From: a virus
DNA: 64,000 nt
Strand: one strand, 5' to 3'
Virus record (IMG/VR): IMGVR_UViG_3300036818_000107
Coordinates: 3,139-67,138 of that record
A model generated the notes under the pieces. That model worked only from the letters and a program-made list of their open reading frames with translations, had not been told where the DNA came from and did not search any database. The translations under genes were made by a program, and so were the position numbers. Positions 7,886 through 16,535 of the stretch are shown here, piece after piece; position 1 is the first letter of the stretch, and each line of letters starts with the position of its first letter.

Positions 7886-8245
7886 ATGAAAGACATTCTT
7901 ATTCGTGATGTTCCTGATGAGGTAGTTGCTGCTCTATCTGAAAAGGCTAGAGCAGCCGACATGGATCGACAGGACTGGCTGCGGGAACATCTCAAAGAGC
8001 TAGCATCGCAGCCAGTCCTCAAAAAGCGCTATGTTCTCAAGGCATTTGGTCCTGAAGCGTCGTTTGCAACTATCCGCCGTCTTGAAGATAGCGCAGGTGG
8101 AGGCGCAAGCAACCTCGATCAAGAGCAAATGAGCGCTTACAATTTGGCTCAGGAGTTCGTCAAGCGCAATGCTCCCGGTGACAGGGAAGAAGCTATAGCT
8201 AAGCTCAAAGCTCATTTTGAGCAAGTTTTTGAAACAGTGATGTAA
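7886..8245 (+). CDS. Ribbon-helix-helix (FitA/Arc-like) regulator with C-terminal domain
   Basis: ILIRDVPDEVVAALSEKARAA..DWLREHL. Confidence 0.75.
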   Translation: MKDILIRDVPDEVVAALSEKARAADMDRQDWLREHLKELASQPVLKKRYVLKAFGPEASFATIRRLEDSAGGGASNLDQEQMSAYNLAQEFVKRNAPGDREEAIAKLKAHFEQVFETVM

Positions 8246-8279
8246 GGGCGAGAGCAATCGTCAGAAAGGAGCCAGTAAA

Positions 8280-8594
8280 ATGGCTTATCCGTTTCCAGAC
8301 AATCTCCAGGAGGGCTACACGCCCTCTTTGTATGCTTCAGGCAAAGCATACAAAGATAATTGCCTCCATCGTTTCCCCACGGAGGGGAACAATGTGACAG
8401 TCCCTCGTAGAGAGTGGCCTCATTGGGCAGTTGAGGCAGAGTGGAAATCAGGCGAGCTGGAGCAAATTGGCCCGGAAGAATATAAAGTAATCTCAGAGAG
8501 ATATTCTTATTGGGAGCGCACGTACGGATCCCCTTCCAGTGGGACCAACCACTTTAAAAAGGGAACCATCCTCAGAACGAAGAATTATAGGTAG
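8280..8594 (+). CDS. Hypothetical protein
   Basis: AAGGAG RBS. Confidence 0.65.
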   Translation: MAYPFPDNLQEGYTPSLYASGKAYKDNCLHRFPTEGNNVTVPRREWPHWAVEAEWKSGELEQIGPEEYKVISERYSYWERTYGSPSSGTNHFKKGTILRTKNYR

Positions 8595-8734
8595 TCCCAC
8601 AAAATAGCAAGAGGACCTCGAGCCATACACGCCCGAGTCCTCAAGCTTCACGGCTCAATGTGTGGGCTGTGGAGAGTTGATATAGCACAAAATCGTGAGG
8701 GCCACGGTCCTCTAGTCGAGAAAGGTTTAAAAAG

Positions 8735-9529
8735 ATGTTATTTTTGTTGGGAGCAAATGATCCAGAAATGAGAAGGATTGAAGAAATCCTTCGTGAAAAT
8801 GGACACGAAGTCCGATATGCAGAAAAGGATGGCAAGCGCTGTCATCCTGGAAATGCCTATCAGTGTGATCCTGTAGAAAGTGCAATCTTGGTAGAGTGCG
8901 CATCTGCGGGCGTAAAAAATGCGCAGATTGATCATCATCGTCCTGGTGATACCGGCTACGGGCTTCCTGCCAACGAATTCTGGGAAGCCTCAAGCCTGGG
9001 GCAGCTTTGGAGATTCCTCCAACTGGAGGGCATAGCAGTATCTCCATCTCAGGATGATCTCATCCTTGCAGCTATGGATCATAGTCCAGCAGGTGCAATC
9101 AGAGGCGAGTGTCCTGGTGTGAGCGCTCAGGAGGTCCTAGAGCGCAAAATACAAGAGATTGCGCAAGGGACCAAATATGATGCGTGGGAAGTGCGCAATA
9201 AAGTCGGATATTATTTGGTCCGACTCATGGACGCACCTCCAATACAAATTGGGCAATCAGTAATTTCTGATCTTCGTAGTGAGTATCTTGGAGAGGGATA
9301 CTCAATCAATCTGCTGTCTGCGCAAGTAGCAGCTCTAGCAGATGGCTACACGGTCCTGCTCAGGCATAGAGATGCTGCTGGCAAGCCTGAGAAGTGGTCT
9401 ATTTCAGGGCATGCCACCCCTGAGTTGATCGAGGCTTTCAAGAGTGAGTGGGCTCCTGCCCAAGGTCTTATAGGGATATATGGTGTCCCCAATCGTGGGT
9501 ATGCAGGCGGGTACCTTCCAGAGGAGTAG
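8735..9529 (+). CDS. DHH-superfamily phosphoesterase, NrN-like
   Basis: FLLGANDPEM, LVEC, IDHH, SSLGQ, LAAMD, AQG and C-terminal GYAGG motifs in DHH order. Confidence 0.65.
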   Translation: MLFLLGANDPEMRRIEEILRENGHEVRYAEKDGKRCHPGNAYQCDPVESAILVECASAGVKNAQIDHHRPGDTGYGLPANEFWEASSLGQLWRFLQLEGIAVSPSQDDLILAAMDHSPAGAIRGECPGVSAQEVLERKIQEIAQGTKYDAWEVRNKVGYYLVRLMDAPPIQIGQSVISDLRSEYLGEGYSINLLSAQVAALADGYTVLLRHRDAAGKPEKWSISGHATPELIEAFKSEWAPAQGLIGIYGVPNRGYAGGYLPEE

Positions 9530-9531
9530 AA

Positions 9532-9726
9532 ATGTCAGATCTCATCTTGTCAGCTCGTAATAAGGGATTCTTGCGAGGAAAGAATGGCGAATCCCCTGAT
9601 CTCATCGATTTGGATGAAGATGAGAGGTATCAAACTCTCCATCCTCAAGATCGAACACAATATGAATACGGTATGAGAGATGGATATAATTCTCATCAAT
9701 TGGAGCAAAAGCAGCAACAAAAGTAG
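9532..9726 (+). CDS. Small hypothetical protein
   Basis: GAGGAG RBS; KGFLRG..YEYGMRDGY pattern; followed by a terminator at about 9747-9776. Confidence 0.6.
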   Translation: MSDLILSARNKGFLRGKNGESPDLIDLDEDERYQTLHPQDRTQYEYGMRDGYNSHQLEQKQQQK

Positions 9727-9868
9727 CCCACCACAACAACAATCAAGCCGCTTCCACAACGGACAGCGGCTTTTTCATGTCCTCAACTAGCTCAACCTTT
9801 TTGTTGTTGCCGCTGTGCTATAATGACATACATCGACACATTATGATGAGTAGTACAAAGGAGCATGT

Positions 9869-10078
9869 ATGCTGCGATCTTTCAACCGTTTCAACCAGCC
9901 AATGATTCCGCCAATGATGGAAGCCTACATCCACAACCGAGTTGGCAAGAGAGCTGCATTCCTGTCTGGGCAAATGTCCTTACAGCTCGAGATAGCCAAG
10001 AGTGAGCAACTCATTGGAATTGAGGAAAGGTACAGGAACGATCTGATAAAGAGGGCACAGAGGAAAAGACGCACATAG
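9869..10078 (+). CDS. Hypothetical protein (monocistronic cassette)
   Basis: TGCTATAAT extended -10, AAGGAG RBS, terminator at about 10100-10128. Confidence 0.65.
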   Translation: MLRSFNRFNQPMIPPMMEAYIHNRVGKRAAFLSGQMSLQLEIAKSEQLIGIEERYRNDLIKRAQRKRRT

Positions 10079-10140
10079 AGGCATGTAGAGGAATGAGTGA
10101 GGAGACCGCTGTTTGGTCTTCTTTTTTATGTCTGCTTGCA

Positions 10141-10219
10141 AGATGCATTATGGGCTTTAGAAGCTAACTTGAAATTGCCTCTTGAAATCGTTGACATCAT
10201 ACTACCAATATGCTATACT
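10141..10219 (+). promoter_or_regulatory. Cassette boundary motif and promoter (cassette D)
   Basis: AGATGCATTATGGG at 10141; TTGACA(10191)-17-TATACT with TG. Confidence 0.75.
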
Positions 10220-10246
10220 TCTGCTATACAAATAAGGAGGTACGAA

Positions 10247-10654
10247 GTGAGCAGGCAGTTAAATGTTCGTCTTCCAGATTGGACAGACGAACAAATGCAA
10301 AAGATCATTAAAAGTACCGGAATGACGCAAGTGCAATTTTTAATCGTTGCGATTGATCATTTCTCGCAAAGTTACCAGAAAGAGGAATTCACTATGAAAA
10401 GGACAACCAATCCACAGGAAGCAGCACAGGCAGCACAAGAGGACAAAATAGTTAAAATGCCATTGACAGGTAGGAATTGGAGAGTCAACGGGCTTTCCGA
10501 AGGTGCTAATGGTTGGGTAGCGATGATCTCGCATCCTGACTATGTCGAGAGCAAGGTCGTTGACGTGCTAGAAAATCAAGAGTTCGTCATCTACAGCCAA
10601 GCTGAGTATAGAAGGATGGTAGATGATTTGGCAGGAAGATTAGTACAGCAATAA
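10247..10654 (+). CDS. RHH domain fused to an unknown domain
   Basis: AAGGAGG RBS, GTG start; RQLNVRLPDWTDEQMQKI..TGMTQVQF. Confidence 0.7.
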   Translation: MSRQLNVRLPDWTDEQMQKIIKSTGMTQVQFLIVAIDHFSQSYQKEEFTMKRTTNPQEAAQAAQEDKIVKMPLTGRNWRVNGLSEGANGWVAMISHPDYVESKVVDVLENQEFVIYSQAEYRRMVDDLAGRLVQQ

Positions 10655-10669
10655 AGCGAAAAAGCAAGC

Positions 10670-10704
10670 AATGCCCTGGGTGAAAGAAAGCTCAGGGCAT
10701 TTTT
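10670..10704. terminator. Terminator between convergent operons
   Basis: AATGCCCTG..CAGGGCATT plus T-tract. Confidence 0.75.
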
Positions 10705-11029
10705 ATTTGATCGTCACTGCCATCGAAAACTGAATGACCTTGGCTATGTAGATCGAGCCTAGGAAAAGCAGCGTGATGAAGCCTGCCACGATGAAAGTAC
10801 GCCCAATCAGCTTCTCAATGTCGAGCCCCTTCCACCACGGTTGTCTGTCCCAGGACGGTGGATAGTCAGATTTTGGGATCTGAGGGAGGGAATTCTGCCA
10901 TCCGTACGTGCCGCTATAGCTACTCTGCTTTGGCATAGCAGGCAACTCGCGTATAGTATCCAGACTGTGAAACTCACTCTCATATTGAGGATCGAGACGA
11001 GGCTGTCTGAATTGCGTAGTGTGCTGCAT
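10703..11029 (-). CDS. Protein with C-terminal TM anchor
   Basis: One hydrophobic helix near the C-terminus. Confidence 0.6.
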   Translation of the reverse strand: MQHTTQFRQPRLDPQYESEFHSLDTIRELPAMPKQSSYSGTYGWQNSLPQIPKSDYPPSWDRQPWWKGLDIEKLIGRTFIVAGFITLLFLGSIYIAKVIQFSMAVTIK

Positions 11030-11166
11030 GGTAGTGCTCACTTTATGAAGATGGACTGCCAATCCGCAATTAAATTATACGAGGCAATACGACCATGGTA
11101 TCAGGACGGCCGTACAGCGGATTGGCATATGCTCATTTTACAGGACAAAAGCAGGTATGGTCAAGC

Positions 11167-11511
11167 CTACTGCAAGCTTGCTCTCCTGATAGCAGGCTGT
11201 GTAGGTGGTGGTGTAGGTGGTAGAGCGTTGACAGCCGCTTCAATGAATGCTGAGAGCACATCATCAGGCGGTACAGGCAGGTTGAACGCCTTGAAGAAAC
11301 CGATGAGTTCACCCATAGCTATTTGTTTCTTTTCTTCGTTTGTCTTACCTGCGTACTGCTGCTCTACCATCGCGACTGCTATAGCTGCCCACTGCTCTAC
11401 ATACTTGCGCTTCTCAGCAGGTATGCGAGCTGAGACCTGATGATAAATGTACAGGATGAGTCCGCCCACCAAGGCGAAAATGGTTTGTGCGTTGTCGGTA
11501 AAGAACTTCAT
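11167..11511 (-). CDS. Holin (LL-H-like)
   Basis: N-terminal TM, AVAMVEQQY..EEKKQIA..IEAAV; lysis cassette position. Confidence 0.75.
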   Translation of the reverse strand: MKFFTDNAQTIFALVGGLILYIYHQVSARIPAEKRKYVEQWAAIAVAMVEQQYAGKTNEEKKQIAMGELIGFFKAFNLPVPPDDVLSAFIEAAVNALPPTPPPTQPAIRRASLQ

Positions 11512-11816
11512 GAATGCTCCTCCTCTTTCTTGTAAAAACCGACTCTCTCAAGCACAATCTTCCAATACATGCTTGATTGAGCAGTACTAAACACGACATG
11601 TGATATACCTATCAATGAGAACAGGCGTGAAAACATCATACTAAATGGCTGCTTGAAAGATGCCTGCATAATCCAAGCACCAATGAACGAGACGACAAAC
11701 ATACACAAAACAATCACGGCAGCCTTATACTTTGTGCTGTTGTATAGCTGTGGCACAAGTATCCCTGCCAAGCAGAATATGAGCGGGATAATATCTACTA
11801 CACTAAGCGTCAACAT
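11508..11816 (-). CDS. Membrane protein, holin-like
   Basis: About 3 TM; lysis cassette. Confidence 0.6.
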   Translation of the reverse strand: MLTLSVVDIIPLIFCLAGILVPQLYNSTKYKAAVIVLCMFVVSFIGAWIMQASFKQPFSMMFSRLFSLIGISHVVFSTAQSSMYWKIVLERVGFYKKEEEHS

Positions 11817-11825
11817 GTCACCTCC

Positions 11826-12119
11826 TCACTTTGGTAGAAAATGCTGAGCAAAATTCAAAAGAAGAGTGGTACCAATAATACCTGCACCCCACTTGATCAT
11901 GGTCATACTTTGCCCCATGGTTGCAAGCGTTTTTGTCAACTCAAGCTCCTTTGTGGCGTCATCTTTACCTTTCTCCTTTAGTGCCTCTTCTTGGATGTCA
12001 GCACGCCTTATCTGCACTTTCAATATCTCTTCAATTCTAACTTGCTGCTCTACAAGCTTTTCAAGGATCTGCTCATGCTTGTCCACTCTTGGATCTCTTC
12101 CACTGTTGTGCGCATCCAT
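11826..12119 (-). CDS. Coiled-coil protein with C-terminal TM (XhlA-like lysis accessory)
   Basis: Architecture and position next to the endolysin. Confidence 0.55.
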   Translation of the reverse strand: MDAHNSGRDPRVDKHEQILEKLVEQQVRIEEILKVQIRRADIQEEALKEKGKDDATKELELTKTLATMGQSMTMIKWGAGIIGTTLLLNFAQHFLPK

Positions 12120-12146
12120 ACATGTCTCAAGCCTCCTGCTATACGT

Positions 12147-13124
12147 TTACAATAAAACTTTGACAGCCTGGGCGATTTGTGCTTTCAGAGCTGCATTCTC
12201 AGCCACAAGAGCGTCGGGTTGCAGTTCTGCCAACTTCTCTTGCAGATCGGCTACCTGAGCAACTAAGAGATCGTACTGTTTTTGATACCAGTACAACTCT
12301 TGCCCTAGCCACGTCTTGTAAATGCCAAGCGATGCGCAGCCTGCTAGACGATCCCAGCGGAACTCTTGTGCAGGGCCCGCTCCGAGCGATGGGTGCGATT
12401 GCTCGACAGGATCAGCATGATATTCAGCTCGCATTGGCCAATTGGCAGGGTCCCAATTCGAGTTGAGTACTTTGTCTCGAAATCCCAACACGACTGGGAT
12501 CCCATTAGGTGCTTTGAGTGTATGTCCATCGTCAGACCAGCCCTGTGGTGTTGTGGGCATAGGTTTGTTTCCTCCATTTAGGTAGTTGTATAAACTAGTC
12601 CAATCGAAAGTACCCGGACAGCGAGCCCTGCTGATCGGGTCTATATCAGCATGCTTGATAATTCCCCCATTAACATCACCGGCTCGTTTAGGGATGTTAT
12701 AGGTGTTGCAAATGCATTCAATAACTTCACAGCCCTTTTGAAATTGAATGGCTGTAAGTGCATCTGAATTATCAGTTGATGCTTTCACAAATTCAATGGA
12801 AGCTGTGTACCAATTGGGGTTAATGCTCGGATCAGGCAACCATGCAGCATGTCCATTGGTAATTACTCCATTCCCAAAAGCCGCATCCTTCAAACTCACG
12901 CCCTGAACTACATCGCCTTGCTGATCAATGATGATGTGGCTGCTGACGGGATTAGAGCTGCCTATGGTGCCCTGAAAGAATTGACCGACGCCTTGAGCAG
13001 AAGTTCCCCCGGCGGTCCCGTGTAAACAGAGGTACTTGATGCCGTACCCTTGCCTAGACATAGAATTGGCAGAGTAGTCAACCTTTTGAGCTACGTCTAA
13101 CCAGCCATTAGCGTCAAATTTCAT
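12147..13124 (-). CDS. Endolysin, N-acetylmuramoyl-L-alanine amidase (Amidase_2)
   Basis: LHGT, SSHIII, SIEF, HADI..RARCPG motifs. Confidence 0.9.
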   Translation of the reverse strand: MKFDANGWLDVAQKVDYSANSMSRQGYGIKYLCLHGTAGGTSAQGVGQFFQGTIGSSNPVSSHIIIDQQGDVVQGVSLKDAAFGNGVITNGHAAWLPDPSINPNWYTASIEFVKASTDNSDALTAIQFQKGCEVIECICNTYNIPKRAGDVNGGIIKHADIDPISRARCPGTFDWTSLYNYLNGGNKPMPTTPQGWSDDGHTLKAPNGIPVVLGFRDKVLNSNWDPANWPMRAEYHADPVEQSHPSLGAGPAQEFRWDRLAGCASLGIYKTWLGQELYWYQKQYDLLVAQVADLQEKLAELQPDALVAENAALKAQIAQAVKVLL

Positions 13125-13172
13125 GAGTCCTCCTAGAACATTTGATATATTGCCTCAATTGTCGATGTTGCG

Positions 13173-14003
13173 CTACAAACCTAATACTGCATTGCGTGCA
13201 AGTCGGATGCCTCCATCTGTCTTGACAAGTGCATATGTATTTGGCTGTAGTCCATATCCGCCGTCACGATAACAGAAGAAGTATCCCGACGCAATACCTG
13301 TATTCTTCATATTCGAGATGCGAGCTACCACATCGTTGTACCAAAGAGTTTCGTCATTATAATCGCTGTATCCATTGGTGATACTGCAAAATTCTGAGAT
13401 GTAGCCTCTATTGCCAAATTCAGACACAATGGCGACATTGCGGTTATTGAAGTTAGAGAACACATCGTAGGAATTAAACCCGATGAGATCTAAATCTCCT
13501 ATGCCCTCGGTCGACCATGGCGTCCGGTATGTTCCAGGAGAGCCTGTTGAGTAGCTCAACTTGCCTGTGTAGCCATTAGCCTTGATGCTTGTTGCCAGTG
13601 CTCGTATGTCAGCTCGCATTGTAGTAGCCGTGATTGTTGTGCCATCCATCTGCATGTCGGATTCGTTCCCAAGTAGCAACTCAGAGAGTCCTGCGGATTG
13701 CGCCCATGGAACGAGCGTACCCGTGATATAGGCCTTCCATGCGGCCCACCGACTCGCTGTGATTGTCCCCGCTCCATATCCCGCGCCTACTCCCCACGTC
13801 GTGTAAAAGCCGTGTGCAAGAGCACGCTGTACCATATCATGACCATCAGTGAAAAAGTGCGACTGCGCATCATAGGTAGGCATGGCGATACGAAGCCGCG
13901 TCACACCTTGCGATTTGAGATAGGTAAAATCATTTTCTACTTGTGGCACATCGTACACTTGTTGATGCCCATAATTTAATCCTATCCCGCTCCAAATTGC
14001 CAA
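13173..14003 (-). CDS. Clan GH-A glycoside hydrolase (TIM barrel)
   Basis: GLNYG, LGNE (acid/base), GFNSY, ISEF (nucleophile). Confidence 0.75.
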   Translation of the reverse strand: MAIWSGIGLNYGHQQVYDVPQVENDFTYLKSQGVTRLRIAMPTYDAQSHFFTDGHDMVQRALAHGFYTTWGVGAGYGAGTITASRWAAWKAYITGTLVPWAQSAGLSELLLGNESDMQMDGTTITATTMRADIRALATSIKANGYTGKLSYSTGSPGTYRTPWSTEGIGDLDLIGFNSYDVFSNFNNRNVAIVSEFGNRGYISEFCSITNGYSDYNDETLWYNDVVARISNMKNTGIASGYFFCYRDGGYGLQPNTYALVKTDGGIRLARNAVLGL

Positions 14004-14015
14004 ATTCTCGTCCTT

Positions 14016-14534
14016 TCATGACCAACTATTCTGCAATAACGCTATTATGTCGATAATAGGCGCACCATTTGCAACTGTTCCAATCGAGGCAGGAAGGACA
14101 GTAAGATTTGTTGCCGTTGTGCGAAGTGCAGGCGCTAAACCTGTTGTATATCCAGTACGGCTAAAAAGCGCATCGGCAACTGTATCAAGAAATGCTATCC
14201 AATAATTTCCGGGCGAAAGTAACAGGTTGGCTGTTAAATTTTTCGTGAACAAACCCGTTGCTGCGACATTCGCTCCTGTACTCCCAAGACGGTTATTTGG
14301 CAATCCATTTGACCCTGATGAGTCGTAAATTCCCATATCAACGTTTCCAGTCGGACTACCTGAAAAACTTGCTCGTATTTGGGTTACTGTCACGGGGGCA
14401 AAAACAGTAATAGGAGACAAATACGCAGCTCCTGCTACAACCGCACCAGTGCCATTAGCATTTGCTGAGACAATTCCATCAGTTGCAAGATATGGAGGAG
14501 TTGGTATGAACGGCGTTTGTGATATATTCCCCAT
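14016..14534 (-). CDS. Beta-rich virion or tail-associated protein
   Basis: MGIYDS..PNNRLG..LSPGNYWIAF; tail region. Confidence 0.55.
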   Translation of the reverse strand: MGNISQTPFIPTPPYLATDGIVSANANGTGAVVAGAAYLSPITVFAPVTVTQIRASFSGSPTGNVDMGIYDSSGSNGLPNNRLGSTGANVAATGLFTKNLTANLLLSPGNYWIAFLDTVADALFSRTGYTTGLAPALRTTATNLTVLPASIGTVANGAPIIDIIALLQNSWS

Positions 14535-14535
14535 T

Positions 14536-14985
14536 TTATCCTTCCGTTACAAGCAGATTTGAACTTGCGCCCGTTGCAATCGCCTTGACAATTCCGTTAG
14601 GAATATACCTATCGTAAAGAACAGATCCACCCATTGGACTCAAGTATGTGCCTTGCCCTACTACCGCTGCTGCTCCTGAAAAGCTAAGATATATGCCATT
14701 GGGGCTAACATTCTGGAATTGACGCATCTTTGCATTAGCATTAGCAGCTAGGGCTGTACCACTTGTGACACCTACACTGACTGTTACTTCGGTAGGAATA
14801 CCTGAATTGATCGGAGAGGCACTAAAAGATGTATTGACATTCAGTACGCCATACCATTGTCCCGTTGTTGCATCTTGCTGAACGCTGACCGCCTCAAGTG
14901 GCACATACGCATGCTTGGTTGTGGCGTCGTAGCCGATACATGGCACTTCCTTACTGGGGCCTCTCTGGATAGATGGATCACTCAT
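14536..14985 (-). CDS. Beta-rich virion protein
   Basis: FQNVS..IYLSF..LLVTEG; tail region. Confidence 0.55.
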   Translation of the reverse strand: MSDPSIQRGPSKEVPCIGYDATTKHAYVPLEAVSVQQDATTGQWYGVLNVNTSFSASPINSGIPTEVTVSVGVTSGTALAANANAKMRQFQNVSPNGIYLSFSGAAAVVGQGTYLSPMGGSVLYDRYIPNGIVKAIATGASSNLLVTEG

Positions 14986-15547
14986 GAGTTACCTCGTTTT
15001 CTGCTAAAGCCTCTTCCTGTGGTGGATGCTTACCAATGGCTTTGAGTTGCTCTCCCAACGCCTGATGTCGAGCTACCATCGGATGTTGATGACTGCCAGT
15101 CACGCGATAGTTTTTCACCAGCATCACCTTTTGTGGCACATCAATTTTGAGCTGCTGCTTTAACGATGTCCTTATCAGCTCAAAATCCCTATCTGCGACT
15201 TGATCTACATATTCCTCTACCTCATTTATCATGGCATCGGCCAATTCCTCCTCAGTGAAGACAACTTTGACAAAGAGCTGACGTCGGCCAGGACAGTCAC
15301 AAGGTGGAAGGGCCACCATCGTGCCGCAGTCGCTCCATTGAATGCCCTCATCCTCAATAGAGATCGAGTGTGCCATGCCTGCAGGCCTATCCTCTTGAGG
15401 CAAATGATTATGATGCACACAATTTTGAAAGTCCTGATGCGAAGCCTCTTGATCAGAAATTGGATCAGCACAATTGTGATACTGACAATTAGGCGCATCG
15501 CAATGATAGGTAAAAGTCCCATCATCTCCTATTGATTTTAATCCCAT
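14978..15547 (-). CDS. Cys/His-rich hypothetical protein
   Basis: Coupled ORF in the late operon. Confidence 0.6.
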   Translation of the reverse strand: MGLKSIGDDGTFTYHCDAPNCQYHNCADPISDQEASHQDFQNCVHHNHLPQEDRPAGMAHSISIEDEGIQWSDCGTMVALPPCDCPGRRQLFVKVVFTEEELADAMINEVEEYVDQVADRDFELIRTSLKQQLKIDVPQKVMLVKNYRVTGSHQHPMVARHQALGEQLKAIGKHPPQEEALAENEVTHE

Positions 15548-15556
15548 GATATACCT

Positions 15557-15901
15557 CTAATATGTAACCGTCCAGTTGCCAGCCGCTCTTGCCGTATTTG
15601 AGAGTGCTGATACCGTAAACGTGATTTGGAAGCCACTTGCCGTCAGAAATAGAGCTGATGGTGAATTGGCGCTAGCGGCTGGTGCCTGATCAGCCGTATC
15701 TATCGATACTGAAACAGGTGTAGAGCCACGTGAGAGCGTCGGCATGTACATCGATACAGCCCAGCCTGACTGATAGCCGCCGCCTTGCAGATAATATTTT
15801 CCCGTCTCTGTTTGCCCTGACGCTTTTTGCAGCACATCACAGAATTGGTTGATGTGGCTTGCTTGGATTGTGCCACCTATACTCACTCTCGTTAATGACA
15901 T
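15557..15901 (-). CDS. Tail-associated protein
   Basis: IQASHINQ motif; position. Confidence 0.55.
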   Translation of the reverse strand: MSLTRVSIGGTIQASHINQFCDVLQKASGQTETGKYYLQGGGYQSGWAVSMYMPTLSRGSTPVSVSIDTADQAPAASANSPSALFLTASGFQITFTVSALSNTARAAGNWTVTY

Positions 15902-15913
15902 GTTGTGCTGCTC

Positions 15914-16528
15914 CTATTGAATGTTTAACAAATAATCGACCGTGTACGTCGGGCCGTTTGCTTTCACAAAGTTGGCTATAAGCGCATGTGTCATCATAGT
16001 ACCGCTATTTGCTGTTCCTGTAGCATTTACACCAAATAGTCCAGCATTGGTAAGCGTGCCCACTGCTTGAGCTGCACCAACCAAGACGGCAAGGTCAAGC
16101 TGAGTGCCTGTGATTGTCGCTGTACTTGGAGCAGCTCTGAATAGCTCGCCTTGCACTTGAGTGTCACCGGGCTCAACCTTGTTGATCGGAAAGTTACCCA
16201 GTCCGAACTCCTGAGCAAAGGCAGGCGTATTAGCCGCCGTACTCGCTAGATAGGTCAGGATTTCTTGTCTGCCTGATGTGGTGAGGATATTGTGGTATTC
16301 CTCAACCGTGTACCGATCCTTCTCCTTTGGCGTGATAATCGACTCTCGAATAATCTTTGTCCCGTCGCTATTCCACTCAGGCAACCATAAGCGTCTGTAC
16401 TCAGCTTCAGACCAATCATCTGGTATCCGTCTGAAACGAATAATCCCCTGGACAGCGAGATACTCAGGAGCAACACCCAAATGCTGTACAAGATGTCTCA
16501 ATATTCTTTGTATGATGTTTTGCTGCAT
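15914..16528 (-). CDS. Minor tail or baseplate protein
   Basis: HNILTTSGR..GELFR..LTNAGLF pattern. Confidence 0.65.
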   Translation of the reverse strand: MQQNIIQRILRHLVQHLGVAPEYLAVQGIIRFRRIPDDWSEAEYRRLWLPEWNSDGTKIIRESIITPKEKDRYTVEEYHNILTTSGRQEILTYLASTAANTPAFAQEFGLGNFPINKVEPGDTQVQGELFRAAPSTATITGTQLDLAVLVGAAQAVGTLTNAGLFGVNATGTANSGTMMTHALIANFVKANGPTYTVDYLLNIQ

Positions 16529-16535
16529 ATATACC

